A stretch of 63,888 bases of DNA, the filler included, from Stramenopiles sp. TOSAG23-6 (taxonomy: Eukaryota), in assembly GCA_900128565.1 (NCBI GenBank). It is 4 parts of 4 records of this genome, joined end to end, with 100 filler letters (N's around TTAATTAATTAA, not from the genome) between each part and the next. Parts side by side here need not be neighbours in the genome. Positions count along the whole stretch, not along the records: positions 48,069 to 63,888 come from LT636104.1; 3 more parts are not named here. One strand, written 5' to 3'. A program made the position numbers and the translations under genes. Below the pieces are notes generated by a model. The model saw only the letters and a list, made by a program, of their open reading frames with translations, was not told the DNA's origin and did no database searches. This document shows positions 58,953 through 63,888 of the stretch, one piece after another (position 1 is the stretch's first letter; every line of letters begins with the position of its first letter).

Positions 58953-59136
58953 TGAACTCATGAACAAAACACAGATGATCAAAACATTGAAATGCTTTTA
59001 ATTCCTATAAAAGAGCACAGACAATCAAATATTGAAACGCTTTTAATTTCTATAAAAGAGCTTGATTTTCATTCCTTTTCTCATCCACATATTGCTTTAT
59101 CTTCTAATAAATACATTAAAAGTTGATATCATGATC

Positions 59137-59154
59137 AGGGTTAGGGTTAGGGTT
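59137..59154 (+). repeat. Interstitial telomere-like (TTAGGG)3
   Basis: AGGGTTAGGGTTAGGGTT. Confidence 0.6.
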
Positions 59155-59359
59155 TTCCATGTGTTTTAAACTTTTAGTCAACTTTTCAAACTCTTTTCCG
59201 TGTCAAAAAAAATGGAAAAAANAAATGAAAAAAAGTTGAAAGAAAAAGGAAAACAAGAACACAGCAAAAACATCTTAGAGAAAGATACAACGCGCGTTGA
59301 AAATGTGCTAAAACGAAAGACAAATTTTTACAAGTATTCCACACCGAAATCTCCCCCTG

Positions 59360-60091
59360 ATGAACACAACAGACGAAGCAGCGCAAGATCTGAAGCGCGC
59401 AATCCACTATGCGGTGGTGAAGATTTGTGAAGCAGAAGGTAAGCGCAGTGAGTTCAAAGTTTCAAAGTATGCTATGGCTACGATAGCACACATTACACAG
59501 AAATATGTATCGATATTAGGCAGTGACTTGAAAAAATTTGCGTTGCACGCAAGAAGAAAAACTGTAAATGATGCTGATGTTTTACTTGCCACTCGCAACA
59601 ACGCATCGCTCCAAATTATATTGAAGAGACGGAAGGATCAACTGCGAAGTTCTTCAAAAAAGTCAGTGATTAAGAGGTCAAAGAACTCTAATAGCAGGGA
59701 CCTAGATGACGAAGATAATGTAAGCCCATGTGTAAGCCCTTGTATAAGCCCTGTAACATCACATTCATCACATACTTACCAAAAGGACAATAGAATGGAT
59801 ACTGATGATAGTTGTTTTGATGATGGTGGCACTGAGCAAATTCAAAATTCATTGGGTACAAAATTTGGTACGGATGCGCCGAGTCCAATAGACCAAAATT
59901 ACAAAAGCAGTTTTAACGTTTGTTCTGAGGATGAGGAATACGGTCACATTGCCAAGAAAGATTGCCATATTGATAAATTAAATGAACCACAAAAACCGGA
60001 TAATTTTGAAAATTTTGATTTTAACTCGGGTGCAAACTCAAATACGATGCTCTGTAGTTCCGATTCCGAATCTGACGACGCTTTCATGTAA
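59360..60091 (+). CDS. CENPS: CENP-S/MHF1 histone-fold protein with acidic tail
   Basis: LKRAIHYAV.KIC...DL..FA.HA.RKTV...DV.L..R.N.SL. Confidence 0.85.
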   Translation: MNTTDEAAQDLKRAIHYAVVKICEAEGKRSEFKVSKYAMATIAHITQKYVSILGSDLKKFALHARRKTVNDADVLLATRNNASLQIILKRRKDQLRSSSKKSVIKRSKNSNSRDLDDEDNVSPCVSPCISPVTSHSSHTYQKDNRMDTDDSCFDDGGTEQIQNSLGTKFGTDAPSPIDQNYKSSFNVCSEDEEYGHIAKKDCHIDKLNEPQKPDNFENFDFNSGANSNTMLCSSDSESDDAFM

Positions 60092-60587
60092 TTTTTTCTT
60101 TATAAACTAGTAATATATATCACGAAAACAAACGAGCCAATGTACCTAGTCTATATTGTTGTATGCGTTGTGAGATTCCGTACCATTTTTTTGTAAATAC
60201 AAGCCAGTTTTCCTTCAACCAATAATTTTTTTTTGGAAAACAATTTTTTCTAATACGATAATAATAATCAAATCGGTAATAAGCTATTTTGGAAAAATAT
60301 AAAGATCGCAGTTCGCCGTTAAACACTCCATTACATATGGCATTATTTGTTTTTTATTTCACTATCTTAAACCTGATTTAAATTTCAAATTGGAGATAAT
60401 ATTTTTTTATTTCGTGTTTGTTCATTCTCCTAGATTTGGCCATAATTCTTTTTATGCCTTTTTATGAGGTTTTTCAGTACTTTTGTGAACTAAAAGTCGT
60501 GTTACATATTTATCACTTTACAATTATATCTATTCATCAGTACATACTGCAAAAACCTAAATAGTATTTACCTTCCATTAGGCAATA

Positions 60588-61187
60588 ATGGCAACAATTG
60601 GTGAGATGACTGCTCTTGCAGATACTTCTGTTATAGTGACTAGATCAGACTACGAAGAATCGCCGTGTTGCCCCTCTTTGAATTTTGCACAGCGAGTCAT
60701 AGGATTTGCAGGATTTTCATTTTTCGGGACATTTTTGTTATTTATGAGTGTAATTCAATGGCCAGAACTTATTGTTAGTCCCGAAAAGTGGGTCGCTTCA
60801 TATACCGTTGGGAATTGTTGTCTTCTCAGCTCAACTTTTGTAAGTTTCATTTTGAAAATCGTAAGAATCGAATGCTCTTCCAATCAAGTTTACAAACTCA
60901 CCCGAAAATTTCACATATATATCACAATATAATAGTTTTTGGTAGGTCCTTCATCACAATTAAAACTTATGTGTAAAAAACATAGAATTGTGGCTGCAGT
61001 CTTATATGTTATCTCACTTTTAATAACAATTATTTGCACTCAATTGCCAACTTTTAATGGTGATGGAATCTTTATTCTTTGTTTAGCCATTTTTCAAAGT
61101 TGTGCTTTATTCTGGTATTCATTATCATTTATTCCATATGCACGACATTGTTGTAGTAGATGTTTATCTTATATTTGTGGCAAGTAA
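60588..61187 (+). CDS. SFT2: Vesicle transport protein SFT2/Got1 family; ordinary GT-AG intron 60840-60935
   Basis: QR..GF, YTVGN...L.STF|FLVGP..QLK.M...R, and WYSLSFIPYAR. Confidence 0.9.
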
Positions 61188-61404
61188 TTTATAAAAGTAA
61201 CTTTAATATACATATTTTTTTAGATTTCACAGATTTCACATGCCTTAGATTTCGATTTTTCGTGTTGTCAAAAATATGACAGTCAAAGGTACAAGTTTGC
61301 TACCTTGAGGTCCTTGACTAATGATATGCAAACAGACACAGAATCACGCTTGTCAACATCAGACACATAAGAATCAGTATCAGTTGTGATTTTGTTGCTG
61401 AAAG

Positions 61405-62170
61405 ATGCTTCTCCAATGGGCATTTACTCTAATATTCGGGCCTCTACTAGCATTGCTTGTATTCATCTTGTTACAGTTCGCGTATAAATGTTTACTTACA
61501 GATTCTGATACACCAAAACGGTTTCGTCCCTTCATTCCAACTACGGTGAAGGAAACGAGACATACTGATTGTACCAGAGATGCGTTTAGACCTAAAAAGT
61601 TGCCTGAAAAAATTGATTATATAGTCGTCGGTAGTGGTATAAGCGGTCTTTATTGTGCCGGGCTTCTTTCAAAGTGTGGATACCGTGTAGTTGTACTGGA
61701 ACAACACTATGTTGCTGGTGGATGTACTCACTCCTTTGAAGACAAAGGTTTTGAATTTGATACTGGCCTACACTATGTCGGCCGAATGGAAAAATATTCA
61801 AAACTATTTGATTTAGTCTCTGGGGAAGTCAAAGTTCGATGGGCAAAAATGGGAACGGAGGAAGATGGGCACACCTACGATGAGATAAAGCTCTCTGGTC
61901 AATCTATCCATCGATTTAGAGCAGGAAAAGAAAAATTTATCAATGATTTAGCTTCAAAATTTCCAGCTGAACGAGAAGGAATTATTGAATATGTTCGTTT
62001 AGTTCGAAAAGTCAACAAGTTAGCAGATTTATATTTCTTTGCAAAAACTTTTTCCAGACCTGTCCAGTGGCTACTCAATACATTTATAAATCGTTCATAT
62101 TATTACTATGCAAACAAAACAGCGTCAGATGTTGTTAATAGTCTTATTAGCAATCCACATTGTAGAGCAC
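61405..62170 (+). CDS. Retinol-saturase/phytoene-desaturase-like FAD oxidoreductase, N-terminal part only
   Basis: DYIVVGSGISGL, VLEQHYVAGGCTHSF...GFEFDTGLHYVG; the continuation after the intron is missing. Confidence 0.85.
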
Positions 62171-62369
62171 GTACGTTGTACAATTTCATTTTAATTTCGA
62201 ATTTTTTTTTCGTACGAAATTTTGTACCTAACAAATTTTTTAGAATTTTTTTTTACAAAAAATTCGAATTTTTTTTTTACAAAAAATTCGAATTTATTTT
62301 TTCGTACGAAATTTTGTACCTAACAAAAAATTTTTAGAATTTTTTTTCAAATATTTTTCCAAAATAAAT
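62171..62369 (+). mobile_element. Double-core family intron, probably a chimeric junction
   Basis: Two perfect cores (~62208-62232 and ~62300-62324); the flanking exons belong to different proteins and are out of frame. Confidence 0.65.
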
Positions 62370-62854
62370 GCTCATTTTTACTGTGAAGAATGTATAAAAA
62401 ATCATATACAAGAAACCTTAACTAGTGGGAAATTTCCTGCGTATTGTCCTCAATGTGCAGTAGACTGTGGAGAAGGGAATGAACCCCTTTGTGGACGTAT
62501 TGAAGGTAATGCATTAACATTTTTACAACGAAGAGGAGTTATCTCTCTAGAAACACAAATGCGTTTTTTGAAACAACAGTTGTACGTTTTTTTTTTTTTT
62601 TTTTTTTTAATTTTTTTTCGTACGAAATTTCGTACCTAACGATTTTTTTTTAAATTTCGAATTTAATTTTTTTTTTCACAATACATAAAAATGCAAGGAG
62701 AAGTTTTTTTTCAATGTCCTTCAAAAAATTGTGATTTATATTTAATTGATCAAGATCCTACACTAACCATGCACATTGTAGAAGGTAAAGATGGTCAATA
62801 TCTGAAAAGAGGCTCAGTGCCTGGAAAATGTGTTTGTGGTGCTTTGGTTTGTTT
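62370..62854 (+). CDS. RBR (RING1-IBR) E3 ligase fragment; exons 62370-62581 and 62687-62854
   Basis: AHFYCEECIKNHI...CPQC, then FQCP.KNC...KCVCGALVCL. Confidence 0.7.
62582..62686 (+). mobile_element. Introner-like intron GTACGT...CAATACAT (TT/AT)
   Basis: Core CGTACGAAATTTCGTACCTAAC; join KQQL|KMQGE; the next three AGs are all out of frame. Confidence 0.8.
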
Positions 62855-62881
62855 GTACGTTGTTTTCTTTTTTCTTTTTAC

Positions 62882-62916
<35 letters not shown>

Positions 62917-62949
62917 GTTTTTTCAAAAAAAATTTTTTACCAAAAAAAA

Positions 62950-62985
<36 letters not shown>

Positions 62986-63057
62986 GTGTAAAAAAATCGT
63001 TAGGTACAAAATTTACTATAAAAAAAAAATTCAAAATTCAAAAAAAATAAAACATAC
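62855..63057. mobile_element. Two opposite-strand intron 5' halves fused through A/T tracts
   Basis: Plus-strand GTACGT at 62855; minus-strand GTATGT at 63057 with core at ~62999-63020; no 3' end for either. Confidence 0.6.
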
Positions 63058-63888
63058 ATATCAACTTGTCCCCTAGTGAATAATTGATAAAATCAGAATC
63101 CGCTTGTAGTAATACAACAAACCTAACCATCAAGTATATCACGTAACCAGACATGGTTCCATGGTAAGGAGAGTCGAGTGGCGGATAAAACGAAGGATTA
63201 GCTTTGTTTAATTCTTTAAGCGGAGGATACCTGATTGCATGGTGTAAATATAACTTTAGGAGAATGATCATTTTCTTTGGTTGATAATCATGATAATCCT
63301 TCAAAAATGTTTTGACTTCTAATGCAGAATTAACACCTTTGTTTTCAGGAGTGAATAGCGAAATATCGATTTTACCAACCATGCCTTTCAGGAAAAGTTC
63401 CAAGTGTGCGTGCGTACTATGTGGGCTACGAATGAAAATATCACTCACCGGATCACTCACCATTTCCCCTAATGCATTTCTTAGCTCATCCCGTATGAAA
63501 CTCAAGTACGAGAACAATGCGTCTATATGCACAGGGTCCGTACCATTTAACCCTAGACTATTACACTTTACAACGAAATCTATGTCTGATACGCCTGGAA
63601 CAAAAAGCCCGGTTGCTGCGCTTCCGTATAATTCAAGAAATGCTTCTTCGAATTCAGGAATACTTTGTATTGCTTTGACAAGCTTACATTTTAATTGCTC
63701 TATAAAAGCTTTAGTTGGACCAATGTTCTTTTGTACTTGGTCAAGTACGCATGAAAGTTGTGATACAATTTCATCGTTGACTTTAACTGGGGCTTGCGGC
63801 TGCTGCTGATATTGATATTGATACGTGGTCCGTAAATATTCTCCAGCCGTGAAAGAAATTCCCGCCGCAGAGTATGCACTATCTACAA
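63058..63888 (-). CDS. Non-canonical poly(A) polymerase / terminal nucleotidyltransferase (Trf4/TENT4-like), partial
   Basis: The frame is open from the window end: LYGSAATGLF....SDIDF, KIDIS, GVNS, LLK.YL and YHGTMSGY.IYLM. Confidence 0.8.

Noticed and set aside
58983-59061. Duplicated ~34-nt sequence downstream of the secreted protein
   Set aside because: A single local duplication in a probable 3'UTR with no further evidence of function.
62795-63050. Poly-K/poly-F ORFs and recurring FSYEILYLT / VRNFVPN peptides at ORF ends
   Set aside because: Read-through translations of the intron element, not protein motifs.

Overview
Compact, AT-rich, gene-dense eukaryotic DNA read with the standard genetic code. 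A marine protist such as a stramenopile is plausible, but this is inference only. The window is four contigs joined by artificial N44-TTAATTAATTAA-N44 spacers (15983-16082, 32008-32107, 47969-48068) and holds about 25 protein-coding genes or gene fragments. The main discovery is a dispersed family of ~95-185-nt intron-like elements (about 25 copies or remnants). Their consensus is GTAYGT-T-rich-TTTCGTACGAAATTTTGTACCTAAC-(A/T)n-AAATATTTTTC-(C/A)CAA(A)ATAC-NN. For 18 copies both ends and both flanking exons are visible, and removing GT...NN keeps or restores the host reading frame, in several cases rebuilding a conserved motif. In 14 of the 18 the element does not end in AG (AT x10, TT, AA, GT, CA). 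In 10 of those 14 the last two bases repeat the last two bases of the upstream exon. The ends GTAT...ATAC form a short terminal inverted repeat. Together this suggests a transposon-derived (introner-like) intron class with non-canonical 3' splice sites and a strongly conserved extended branch-site motif, coexisting with ordinary GT-AG introns (AlaRS, SFT2). No transcript evidence is available here, so all splicing is inferred from reading frame. Other oddities: a divergent PRKRIP1-like splicing factor, an SRPBCC/START-AlaRS fusion, a tandemly doubled soluble-adenylyl-cyclase-like protein with degenerate catalytic motifs, a U-box/SEL1 paralog pair with one SP-RING tail, and a ~4200-aa secreted mosaic protein.
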